NCBI GenBank assembly: GCA_945883775.1
Contig: CAMCYG010000005.1
Location: 379 to 64,378 of the forward strand
Source of the DNA: Victivallis vadensis
GTDB lineage: Bacteria > Verrucomicrobiota > Kiritimatiellia > UBA8416 > CAMCYG01
Direction: 5' to 3'
Length of the DNA stretch: 64,000 bases
The translations under genes were made by a program, and so were the position numbers. Positions within the stretch are counted from its first letter, which is position 1, and each line of letters begins with the position of its first letter. Below the pieces are notes generated by a model, which was given only the letters and a program-made list of their open reading frames with translations, was not told the origin of the DNA and made no database searches. Positions 46,320-55,704 of this stretch are shown here, piece after piece.

Positions 46320-48389
46320 ATGAATAAGGTAATTAAAACGTTGGTGTTTGTAGGGTCCAATGTTTTGGGCTGTATGGTTTATTGCGCATTAGTAATGGCG
46401 CCTTCAGTAGTTCTAGCCACTAATGCGACAAATAATTATAATTCTCCAAGTTCTCCATATGATGAAGACTTTGATTCAGGTTATGCAGAAGGCGAATTCC
46501 TTAATGATAAGAATGGCTGGTCTTCGCCTGTTGACAATACGGTTTTTATAACCAATATCAATGCCCAGGGCAACCTTTCAATGTATGTCGGCACCGACTA
46601 TGTTGTTTCCAATGTGTTCGACGGAGCTAAGTGTACTAACTTGTGGATTGACTTCTTCACAAAACCAACTTTGTGGATGATGACAAACCCAGCAGTTGAT
46701 GCACGTGCTTGCTCGCAGTTTTATTTTAATTCCTCAAGCAATGTAGTAGCTTACGATGGCAATGTAGGGTGGGTTGTTCTTGCGACTAATGCTGTGGATT
46801 TTGCGGCAACCAAGATTATTCCGACCAATTTCACCAGAGTGACGATATTCCAATATTATTCAAATAATACATGGGCTTTGATGATCAATGGAGTGCTTAT
46901 GCGTTCCGGGATGAAAATGCCTAATCAGCTCGGCAGAATAGGTCTGAATGGGTTCTCGATCAGTAACTCAACGTATATGGATACTATAACTATTGGCACG
47001 AATGTTCCCGCTATAACGACTGATTTGGATTCTGATGGTATGGCCGATACATGGGAGTTGAGCTATTTCCGTGGAATAAACGTGCAGGGTTGGATAGATG
47101 ATTATGATTCTGATGGTAGAACAAGCTCGCAGGAATATACGGATAATACGGATCCGCTAAATCCGAACAGCTTGCGATGGTATCTGCCTTATATGCAGAC
47201 TTTCGAAACTGCGCCCTTGGCGGTAATCACCAATTGGAGGGCTATGTTTGGATCGGGTAATGCGCGGGTTCAAAATGCATCATACGTACAGGGCTCGCGG
47301 GCGGCCAGTATATCGACAGGGGCGCTGTCTCTCGTGCTTTCAGACGCCACTGGTACGAATGTATGGGTACATGTCAGCTCCAAACCCGCCATTACATATA
47401 ACCTGTCCTTCGTGCCGGCAACGAATGTTTCTGCAGCTTTTTGTGTGGTTTCGAATACAGCCGACTTGTATGCCTATTCAGGAAGCAGCTGGGTTAAGAT
47501 GGGTTTGATTCCCAGAGTCCCGACCAATGTCTGGCTTGGATTCGCAGTGCACCTCGATTATACAAATAGAAACTGGAACCTTTACGTTACAACGAACAAT
47601 GTATATGATCCTCAGCTGAAGCTGGCTAATGCAACTCCGCTGTTAATGAATGCTGCTTGTTTTTTTTCACATTTTCGCGGAATGTCTATCACCAGTTCGG
47701 TCAGCGCTGTTACATATGTTGATATGCTGGCGGTGTCGCATGCTTATACAAATCCGGTGCTGGCGGTGCATAGCAATGTTTATGCAGCGGAGAGGTTTGC
47801 TAATACCACATACACGGTAAAGAAGCCGCCGTACAGTTATTCAGGGACTAACGCAACAATGGCAGGACAGCTGGGGATCGACTTGGCGAGAGGGCTTTTC
47901 GCTAACGATGAATTGTCTGTCCTGGGCACTAACGGATGGAATGTGTACTATATAAATAACAGTAACTGGCAGGCAAGGGCTGACGCGACAAATATCGCCA
48001 TAAATGAGACCACAGGGCTTAACATGACAAGGTTGCCTGGCAGTGACTTTATGATGTTTTATCCTTACAGCAGCACTAATGGCATAGCAGCAACAAATAC
48101 TATGGTATATGGGACCGACGTTCCTACTTTGAATGGATGGAATCTTCTGGTGTGGCCTGGATCATCGCCAGTGTCTGTCAATGATCCTAGCTTTGGCCTA
48201 ACCCCGATTTCTACTGATAAGATATACATATATAAAAACTATCAATACAAGAAGCTATACAGAGTGTCTGGCCAGTGGTGGTGCGAAGGGGCACCGTCAA
48301 CGATATATATTTCGCCAAATCAGGGTTTCTGGTTCAGGAATAGTGCTTCGACAGGCGTATATTGGAATGTAGGAGCAATTCCGCAGTAA
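46320..48389 (+). CDS. Large exported Asn/Thr-rich protein with a DxDxDG (TSP3-like) module
   Basis: Hydrophobic N-terminus, two similar beta-rich halves flanking DLDSDGMADTWELSYF...DYDSDG...QEYTDNTDP. Start codon uncertain. Confidence 0.75.
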   Translation: MNKVIKTLVFVGSNVLGCMVYCALVMAPSVVLATNATNNYNSPSSPYDEDFDSGYAEGEFLNDKNGWSSPVDNTVFITNINAQGNLSMYVGTDYVVSNVFDGAKCTNLWIDFFTKPTLWMMTNPAVDARACSQFYFNSSSNVVAYDGNVGWVVLATNAVDFAATKIIPTNFTRVTIFQYYSNNTWALMINGVLMRSGMKMPNQLGRIGLNGFSISNSTYMDTITIGTNVPAITTDLDSDGMADTWELSYFRGINVQGWIDDYDSDGRTSSQEYTDNTDPLNPNSLRWYLPYMQTFETAPLAVITNWRAMFGSGNARVQNASYVQGSRAASISTGALSLVLSDATGTNVWVHVSSKPAITYNLSFVPATNVSAAFCVVSNTADLYAYSGSSWVKMGLIPRVPTNVWLGFAVHLDYTNRNWNLYVTTNNVYDPQLKLANATPLLMNAACFFSHFRGMSITSSVSAVTYVDMLAVSHAYTNPVLAVHSNVYAAERFANTTYTVKKPPYSYSGTNATMAGQLGIDLARGLFANDELSVLGTNGWNVYYINNSNWQARADATNIAINETTGLNMTRLPGSDFMMFYPYSSTNGIAATNTMVYGTDVPTLNGWNLLVWPGSSPVSVNDPSFGLTPISTDKIYIYKNYQYKKLYRVSGQWWCEGAPSTIYISPNQGFWFRNSASTGVYWNVGAIPQ

Positions 48390-48400
48390 TGAGGTGTGTA

Positions 48401-49441
48401 ATGAAAGCTGTAACTAAAAAAATATTAACAATGGCAAGAGGGACTGTTACATTTACAGACCTGTTGATCTTATTTGTTATGGCTAATGTAGCAAGCGCGG
48501 CTGTACCAGGTGTGCTACCTAACTCCTGGCTTGAGGGTGATGATTCGGCCTATGTGAGTTACTCTATGGAAGAGTCAGGTGCTGTTAAGATACAGTTCGC
48601 CGCCAATAGGCCATCGTCAAGTGTGCCTCCGTCTCGACCGGCTGGTGAACTGTTTGCGGGCGTGGGTGTCTCTAGTGGAGCCTTTGTCGGTGATTATGTG
48701 GCGTCAGGCGTTGAAGGTGTTCAGTTTTCCGTAATGGGCGATGGCCATACGCCTTCCGGGGCTATGCTGATACTGCGTTCAGCCAGCGGCAGGGACTGGT
48801 TCTACAAACCCTTGAAAATATCATCGAATGCCGGGGAGTGGACTATAAACAATGTGAGATTCACACTGGATTCAGGATGGGCCAGAAATGATCTGCCTGG
48901 TACCGACAAGGAAGCTAATTTCCTTGAGGATATTCGGAATGTTACATCAATAGGAATGGCATTTGCGCCGGGCGGAACAGAGGCCCAGTATTATGTTGTT
49001 GCTAACTTCGTTCTTTATGGCGCTGACGGTGTGTTGTCGGGGCCTGCGGAGCTCACTCCTCTTGAGAAGGCTCTCTTAGATATGTTTCAAGTGGACGATG
49101 TGAGCAAGCTTAACGATAGTCAAAAGATTCAGGATTCTGATAAGGATGGAATGACAGATGTAGATGAGATATTATCAGAATATGATGTGCAGTATGCCAA
49201 TTCTACATTTAAATCAGATGTCGAGACGCCAGAGGGTGATTCTCGGATTACAATCAAGTGGCCCTGTGTGAAGGGGCGTAACTACACAGTTCTTAGGACC
49301 AAGAACATAATGGATCCGTTTGTGAACCTCCCCGACGGCAAAGGCAAGGATATGATAGCTACAGAGACAGGGTATATGCGGTATGTTGATGATGATGCCA
49401 CCGATGCAGGGCCATTCTTCTATCGTATAACAAAGAAATGA
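48401..49441 (+). CDS. Exported protein with a carbohydrate-binding-like domain, DxDxDG repeat and C-terminal domain
   Basis: GAGGTG RBS, signal peptide ending ASA, FVGDY...W...NVTSIG...NFVL domain, DSDKDGMTD, W..VKGRNYTV...YVDDD...FFYRI. Confidence 0.75.
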   Translation: MKAVTKKILTMARGTVTFTDLLILFVMANVASAAVPGVLPNSWLEGDDSAYVSYSMEESGAVKIQFAANRPSSSVPPSRPAGELFAGVGVSSGAFVGDYVASGVEGVQFSVMGDGHTPSGAMLILRSASGRDWFYKPLKISSNAGEWTINNVRFTLDSGWARNDLPGTDKEANFLEDIRNVTSIGMAFAPGGTEAQYYVVANFVLYGADGVLSGPAELTPLEKALLDMFQVDDVSKLNDSQKIQDSDKDGMTDVDEILSEYDVQYANSTFKSDVETPEGDSRITIKWPCVKGRNYTVLRTKNIMDPFVNLPDGKGKDMIATETGYMRYVDDDATDAGPFFYRITKK

Positions 49442-50196
49442 CCATTATGAGTATTAATTCAAAAACTGTGGCGCTGACATTGATGACAATGACTATGTCG
49501 TTTAATGTTTTCTCTGCGACAATAATTGAAGCTACTTGGGCTGGTTCAGAAGGCTGGTCAATATTCGACGAAGATGGAAACGCGCCGCTTGGTGAAATAT
49601 TCGATCAAGGCTCAGTCGGCGGTCAGGACGGGTTACGGATTGAGGCCGACGATGATGGTGTGGTTGGTGATAAGGTTTTCACCACCGCGGCTGGTTTTAC
49701 GGGAGACTATACTCCAGGTGCTGTTCCTGCTCACGTAGCCCTTCTGGGAGTGCAGTCGATAAAATTTGATTTCTATTCTGCCGTAACTGGGCCGTTTGGC
49801 AAGCCATCGTATCTGGATCTTTATTTTCATTCCAGCGTTGCGGGAGGCATCTGGAGATGCAACGTACTGCCTTCTATAAATGTAGGATGGTCAACTCTGT
49901 CAGTGAATTTGGCCAGTGGAGGTGCTCCAGGGCCGTGGTACTCTATGAACGGTAGGACTTCGAGTGATTGGTTGTCTGATCTCGCAGCTGTTGATGAAAT
50001 TGGCTTTATGATTAACTATCAGCCTGGTGTGGCAGATCAGATCTATGGAATCGATAATTTCAGTCTTGATGATGTGGCAGTCCCTGAGCCAGAAGAATAT
50101 GCAATGCTGGCAATGTTGGCAATATCACTTGGATTTGTGTTCAGGGATAAGCTTAATGCGCACATGGCAACAGTATTAGCTTTTGCCCAAAAATAA
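49438..50196 (+). CDS. PEP-CTERM sorting domain protein
   Basis: Signal peptide, C-terminal VPEPEEYAMLAMLAISLGFVFRDK (VPEP, transmembrane segment, basic residues) with a short extension; ATGA overlap with the upstream gene. Confidence 0.82.
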   Translation: MTIMSINSKTVALTLMTMTMSFNVFSATIIEATWAGSEGWSIFDEDGNAPLGEIFDQGSVGGQDGLRIEADDDGVVGDKVFTTAAGFTGDYTPGAVPAHVALLGVQSIKFDFYSAVTGPFGKPSYLDLYFHSSVAGGIWRCNVLPSINVGWSTLSVNLASGGAPGPWYSMNGRTSSDWLSDLAAVDEIGFMINYQPGVADQIYGIDNFSLDDVAVPEPEEYAMLAMLAISLGFVFRDKLNAHMATVLAFAQK

Positions 50197-50345
50197 AGTA
50201 CCTTTTTGCCGGGCTTATTTGTAATCCGTTTTCAAACAATTGTTATAATAGTTCCCCGTAGAAAACATTATCTACTTTCCGATTTGAGGTTGTGTGACTG
50301 GCTTTCAGTCTAGCATTTCTGCGATTTGGCACCTTTACTGTAATA

Positions 50346-50453
50346 GCGGCTCGGCAGGGCCTGCCAGCAATGATAAGCATAGCGTTGCTGGCTAGCGCCT
50401 CTCCCTACCATTATCAATCTTTCATGGGTAGGGCGAAGCCTCTGGCTGAGCCG
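50346..50453. repeat. Cluster of family 2 REP-like units
   Basis: GCGCCTCTCCCTACC (inverse GGTAGGGAGAGGCGC, 50395-50409), GTAGGGCGAAGCCTCTGGCTGAGCCG (50428-50453) and an upstream CGGCTCGGC arm. Confidence 0.7.
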
Positions 50454-50542
50454 TCTGCACCTAATTACAGATGTGCCCCTTTCAATCCCGATACACATTT
50501 ATAGGTTGACGTCTCGCTCCACATGCATTATCTCATTGCTCC

Positions 50543-50890
50543 ATGAAAGTAGCTATATTGGGATATTCAAAATCGGGTAAGAAGACGCTGTTTACGCTGT
50601 TATCAGGCCGGCATATACCTCCAGGAAGGCAGGAGAGTGAGGTTGTAGAAGGCAATGCGCTTGTCAGGGATCCTCGCGTTGATGAAATCACTAAAATTGC
50701 CAAGCCGCAGAAGGTCAAATATGCAGAGACCGTTTTTGCCTTGTGTCCTGATATTGTGGACGGCGGTTCCCGCGCTGGCTGGCTGGAGGCTGCGAAGAAA
50801 GCGGACATGCTGTGTTTGGTTGTCAGGTCTTTTATGTCTGACAGTGTATATCATCCTGCCGGTTCAGTTGATTTGGTGTTTAACGTTTGA
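50543..50890 (+). pseudogene. ychF: 3'-truncated YchF/Obg-like ATPase fragment
   Basis: G1-like GYSKSGKKTLF, VRDPRVD, D.LCLVVRSF...VYHPAGSVD. Similarity then ends and the frame stops at 115 aa, whereas YchF is about 360 aa. Confidence 0.75.
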
Positions 50891-50896
50891 TAATCC

Positions 50897-53800
50897 TCAT
50901 TTACTGATTCTGGAAAGAAACTTAGATATCTCCTTCAGTTTCCGGTCAGGGTCAGTCGCTTTCATTCTGGGAAGCAGGTTGTCTTTTAGAATCGGCTCTC
51001 CGGCTCTTCTGGCAAGTATCTTGTCATCATTCGTTTCGATGGAGCTGATTCCGGAAAAAGCGCAAAGTATCCTGATTTCCGCTACAAGCAACAGGCGTTC
51101 TGCCGTCACTGGCAGAGGGCCAAAACGGTCTTTCATCTCGATCTTCACTTTTCCGAGCTCTTTGATCGATGAGCATTCTGCTATCTTCCTGTACAGGCTT
51201 ATCCTGCTTTTCTCATCCTCGATGTAGCTATAGGGTATGCAGGCCAGGCAAGGGTGATCAGTTGCTGAAGGGCCCAGTGATATGAAATCCAGGTTCATCG
51301 TTGTGTCAATTATAAGTGGCACAGGTTCATTCTTGAGCTTGCTGATGGTCCGCTTCAGCATCTGGCAGTAAAGGCCGAATCCTATGGCGGTTATATGTCC
51401 ACTCTGCTCGCTTCCTAGTATATTGCCTGCTCCCCTGATTTCAAGATCCCTGAGCGCCAGGTTGAATCCAGAGCTTAGGCCGGAAAATCTCTTCATGGCG
51501 TCAATGCGTTCTCTGGCGTCAGGGTCGATATAAGCTCCAATAGGTAAAAGCAGGTATGCAAAAGCCTTTTTATCGGACCGGCCCACTCGGCCCCTGAGTT
51601 GATACAGGTCGGCCAATCCGAATCTGTCGGCTCTGTCTATTAATATGGTATTCGCCCTTGGAAAATCCATGCCGCTCTCTATGATGGTGGTGCAAAGGAG
51701 TATATCGGACATTCCAGCAGCGAAGTTTCGCATGACATCCGCCAGTTCGCCAGCGGCCATTCTGCCGTGTGCGATGGCAATCCTCGCTTCAGGTATGATA
51801 CGCTTCAGCCGGCGTTCGACGACATGAATCGAGTTTATCCGGTTGTGCAGAAAAAAAACCTGACCTTCGCGGTTCAGTTCTTTCGCTATAGCATTACGCA
51901 CTGCATCATCGCTGTCTCTTGCGATAATCGTCTCAATGGCTACGCGTTCGTTTGGAGGCGTCTGAAGCAGGCTCATATCCCGAGCGCCGGTCATGCTCAT
52001 GTAGAGGGTCCTTGGTATTGGGGTGGCTGTAAGAGTAAGGACCTCGATCATTTTCTTTATGCTTTTGAACCACTCCTTGTGGCGGACGCCGAAACGCTGC
52101 TCCTCATCGATGATCACCAGTCCCAGTCTGCTAAAACGGACATCCGGCTGGAGCAGGGAATGTGTTCCGATCACTATATCCAGCGATCCATCATTGATTT
52201 TGTTTTTTGTCTCTATCTGGCGCTGTTTGTTTACGAAGCGGCTTATCATGTCGATAGAGACAGGGTAGGGCGCCATTCTTTCCCTGAAGGTCTCCAGGTG
52301 CTGCTGGGCAAGAATGGTAGTCGGCACAAGGACTGCCACTTGCATGCCGGACATCACGGTTTTGAACGCCGCGCGCATTGCCATCTCGGTCTTACCGTAT
52401 CCGGCGTCTCCGCAGACTAGCCGGTCCATCGGTCGAGTTGCTTCCATGTCTTTCTTGATTTCGGCAATCACCTTCTCCTGATCCGGTGTCTCTTCGTACG
52501 GGAAAGAGGCCTCGAATTCATGTTGCCATGGCGTATCCGGCGGGAGCTGGAGGCCTTGCATGGTATTGCGGTGAGCCTGAGTCTCCAGCAATGTTCCGGC
52601 AAGATCGACAATGGCTTTTTCTGCAGACTTTTTCTCGTTGTCCCATCGAGCAGATCCAAGTTTGTGAAGTCTCGCTGAGTGTTTGGACACGCCGACATAT
52701 CTGCTGAGCAGATGAGCCTGACTGACCGGAACGTGCAGTTTGGATCTTTCGTCATACTCGATGGTCAACACTTCCTGTGTTCTGCCGGCGAATATGATCT
52801 CGCGCATCCCCATGTATTTGCCGATACCGTGTTCCACGTGTACGACCAGGTCACCCGGCTCGATATCGGTGAGGTCGGTTACTCTCAAGCCGCTTACCAT
52901 CGCCGAACGCCGTATGGCTCTTCCCTGCTGTCCGCTGAGCCTATGTCGTCTCCCGTAAAGGTCAGGCTCTGCCAGTATGCGCATGTTCATTTTGCTGCAG
53001 TCAAATCCTGAGGACAACATCCCGACCTGTACGGTGGTCCCTTTGAGCTGTTTTTTGTAAGAAGTGCTGAAATGCCTTAGTGATGCCTGGCTATCGAAAA
53101 AGATTAGAGACGCCCCGCCGCTGGAGGCCAGCTCCGAAGACTTCTGGAGGATGGATATTCTTTTTCGCTCTAGAATATCAGGTTGAAGGATGTCCCTCGA
53201 TATGTCTCCGAACCCGTCTATTCCCGTCATGCCTATGGAAATAGTTGCTTCGGTGTAGGCGGGGTCATTGTGCAGATATAATATCGAGCAGTCTTTGTCT
53301 TTATCAATGTCTTCCAGAAGCCGGTCGTATGGTATATGTGCGTCCATATTGCCGCCTGTTTTTTCGTACAACCCGGCATGCTCCGCTATGCCTTCGACGT
53401 CGTGCACAATCACCACCTTCTGTCTGTCGATCATGCTTATGATGCTGCTGGCGCAGGTTTCTTTTCCTTTTGAGAAGATATTTTCTTTTGCTGGAACGAT
53501 AAGAATTGAGGCAGAACGATTCTTTGAAAGCTGGGTTTCGGGATCAAACGATCTGATTGTCTCTATTGTCTGTCCGAGAAGCTCCAGTCGGGACGGATAA
53601 TCATCGAGCGGCGGCCATATATCTATTATGCCGCCGCGTACCGACACCTTGCCTTTTTCATAGACCTCTGGCTGGATCTCATATCCGATATCATAAAGTC
53701 TTTTTTCAAATGTGCTGACATCAATCTCCGAGCCAGGTATCAACTTGATTGCCATGTCAGAGTCTTTGCGGACAACCGGTATTTTCTGCAGGAGCGCCTG

Positions 53801-54205
53801 GATACAGGTTACCAGTATGAATCGGTCTCTTGTGTCGTGTTCTGCGCATAGGCGTATGATGCATGCGAGTCTTTGACCAAATAGATCAGGGTCTTCTTCT
53901 TTTGACTTTGCTGACGATGGCTCTGCCGGCGGGAATAACAACGTCTCTACGTGATCGAACAGGGTTGATAACGTCCGCAGATCATTGTAGGCCTTCTCCA
54001 TCGTTGTTGGCCCATCGGTTATTAGTATTGTGGGCTGGTGGTGTTTATTGTGCAGGGCTGCGGCTAAATATGCGCTGGAGGATAATGATGCGGCAATATC
54101 ATGCTGGATTCTGGTGTCAGCAGAGAAGATGTTTTCCAGTATGGCGATGCCGGCTTTTGTCTGGTTTGCGGATGGTAGAGGTGCTCCCATGAAGGGCCCT
54201 TCCAC
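50897..54205 (-). CDS. mfd: Transcription-repair coupling factor
   Basis: VRGGIIDIWP, GDLVVHVEHGIGKY, FPYEETPDQ, CGDAGYGKTE, IIDEEQRFG, TATPIPRTL, QLRGRVGRS, DLEIRGAGNILG. Confidence 0.97.
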   Translation of the reverse strand: MEGPFMGAPLPSANQTKAGIAILENIFSADTRIQHDIAASLSSSAYLAAALHNKHHQPTILITDGPTTMEKAYNDLRTLSTLFDHVETLLFPPAEPSSAKSKEEDPDLFGQRLACIIRLCAEHDTRDRFILVTCIQALLQKIPVVRKDSDMAIKLIPGSEIDVSTFEKRLYDIGYEIQPEVYEKGKVSVRGGIIDIWPPLDDYPSRLELLGQTIETIRSFDPETQLSKNRSASILIVPAKENIFSKGKETCASSIISMIDRQKVVIVHDVEGIAEHAGLYEKTGGNMDAHIPYDRLLEDIDKDKDCSILYLHNDPAYTEATISIGMTGIDGFGDISRDILQPDILERKRISILQKSSELASSGGASLIFFDSQASLRHFSTSYKKQLKGTTVQVGMLSSGFDCSKMNMRILAEPDLYGRRHRLSGQQGRAIRRSAMVSGLRVTDLTDIEPGDLVVHVEHGIGKYMGMREIIFAGRTQEVLTIEYDERSKLHVPVSQAHLLSRYVGVSKHSARLHKLGSARWDNEKKSAEKAIVDLAGTLLETQAHRNTMQGLQLPPDTPWQHEFEASFPYEETPDQEKVIAEIKKDMEATRPMDRLVCGDAGYGKTEMAMRAAFKTVMSGMQVAVLVPTTILAQQHLETFRERMAPYPVSIDMISRFVNKQRQIETKNKINDGSLDIVIGTHSLLQPDVRFSRLGLVIIDEEQRFGVRHKEWFKSIKKMIEVLTLTATPIPRTLYMSMTGARDMSLLQTPPNERVAIETIIARDSDDAVRNAIAKELNREGQVFFLHNRINSIHVVERRLKRIIPEARIAIAHGRMAAGELADVMRNFAAGMSDILLCTTIIESGMDFPRANTILIDRADRFGLADLYQLRGRVGRSDKKAFAYLLLPIGAYIDPDARERIDAMKRFSGLSSGFNLALRDLEIRGAGNILGSEQSGHITAIGFGLYCQMLKRTISKLKNEPVPLIIDTTMNLDFISLGPSATDHPCLACIPYSYIEDEKSRISLYRKIAECSSIKELGKVKIEMKDRFGPLPVTAERLLLVAEIRILCAFSGISSIETNDDKILARRAGEPILKDNLLPRMKATDPDRKLKEISKFLSRISK

Positions 54206-54208
54206 GGA

Positions 54209-55645
54209 TCAGATAGTCTTCCTGAGATGCGATGGCTGAATTTTGAGGATAATCCTGTATTTAGCCACCGTTCTCCGGGCAATGTTTATGCCCTTTGTCT
54301 TCAGTTGGTCCATTATATCCTGATCGGAAAGTGGATGGCTTGCATCTTCTGCGATGATCATTTGCTGTATCATGTCCTTGATGGTCTTGTTGGACATCAT
54401 CTCTCCAGACTCGGTCTTTATTCCGGGCGTGAAGAAATATTTCATATCGAATACGCCGCTGGGCGTTTTCATGAATTTCCCTGAGACAGCTCTGCTGACC
54501 GTGGTTTCGTGCACATTGACCCGAGATGCTATCTCCGCCATGGTCATAGGCCTCAGGTGTCTGACCCCGTTGTCCAGAAAATCCGTCTGCTCCTGGATTA
54601 TCTCTTCTGCAATCTTTTGTATAGTTGACTGCCTGTGCTGTATGCTTTTAATCAGGAATGAGCCGTTTTTAATTTTTTCACGGATATAATTATTCACTTC
54701 TGGGGGAGTATCCTTCTCGATCAGAAGATTTCGGTAATGATTGCTGATCCGCAGATGCGGAATATAGTCGCTGTTTACCACTACGACATATTTATCCTCA
54801 ATCTTCTGGACGACCACCTCCGGCGTGACATAAGGAGAAAGGTCACTGCTTAGCAGGCGGCCTGGTTTCGGGTCAAGACTGGATATGATCTTATGGGCCT
54901 GCTGGATCTCCTCGACCGTTGAGCCAAGTGCCCTGGCTATTTCCTGATATTTCTTGCTTGCCAGCAAATCAAGATAAGCGCCTGCTATCTTGACAGGCAG
55001 AGAGTCTGCTTTGCCCAGTTTCTCCAGCTGGATAATCAGGCATTCCTTGAGGTCGCGTGCGCCTACGCCAACAGGATGGAAGTCCTGTATTAGCACGAGA
55101 ACATCCTCCATTCTGTTCACGTCAAATTGTGCGGATTGTGCAAGTTCTAACAGCGGGGTGTTGAGATACCCATCATCATCTATGCTGCCGATGATCATTT
55201 CTCCGATCTGCATATCGGTTTCGTTTAGGCCGGACATCTCTAGTTGTGCCATCAGGTGCTCCTGAAGCGATTCTTTCTGGGGCATGGAATCGAGCATGAA
55301 CTGTCGTTTTTCCTCATCATCTGATGAATGGGAAGTGCTTTGAAGACTCTGAAAGAAATTATCTTTCCATTCGTCATCAAGCTTGGTCAGCGACTCGTAT
55401 TCTTTCTCGAACTCCTGTTCCTTGGTCAGTACTATATCAGTCGCAGGTTTGACATCCGTTGTGGAGGATACGGGTATTTCATCCGAAGCGTCTTCAAGCG
55501 CCGGGTTCTGTTCAAGTTCCTTCTGGATAATGGTCTGTAACTCCAGCATAGGCAACTGAAGCATTTCCAGTGATTGCCGAAGCTGGGGGGCAAGCACCTG
55601 CTGCATCATTTGCGACTGCGCTAGGCTTAATGATTGACTTGGCAT
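54209..55645 (-). CDS. rpoN: RNA polymerase sigma-54 factor
   Basis: Gln-rich region I, PVGVGARDLKECL, HETTVSRAV, LSDQDI, RpoN box ARRTVAKYR. Confidence 0.97.
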   Translation of the reverse strand: MPSQSLSLAQSQMMQQVLAPQLRQSLEMLQLPMLELQTIIQKELEQNPALEDASDEIPVSSTTDVKPATDIVLTKEQEFEKEYESLTKLDDEWKDNFFQSLQSTSHSSDDEEKRQFMLDSMPQKESLQEHLMAQLEMSGLNETDMQIGEMIIGSIDDDGYLNTPLLELAQSAQFDVNRMEDVLVLIQDFHPVGVGARDLKECLIIQLEKLGKADSLPVKIAGAYLDLLASKKYQEIARALGSTVEEIQQAHKIISSLDPKPGRLLSSDLSPYVTPEVVVQKIEDKYVVVVNSDYIPHLRISNHYRNLLIEKDTPPEVNNYIREKIKNGSFLIKSIQHRQSTIQKIAEEIIQEQTDFLDNGVRHLRPMTMAEIASRVNVHETTVSRAVSGKFMKTPSGVFDMKYFFTPGIKTESGEMMSNKTIKDMIQQMIIAEDASHPLSDQDIMDQLKTKGINIARRTVAKYRIILKIQPSHLRKTI

Positions 55646-55704
55646 ATATATTGCTATCTTATATGTACCGTAGATTTAATTACAAGTATAATTACAAGGT
55701 GGGA

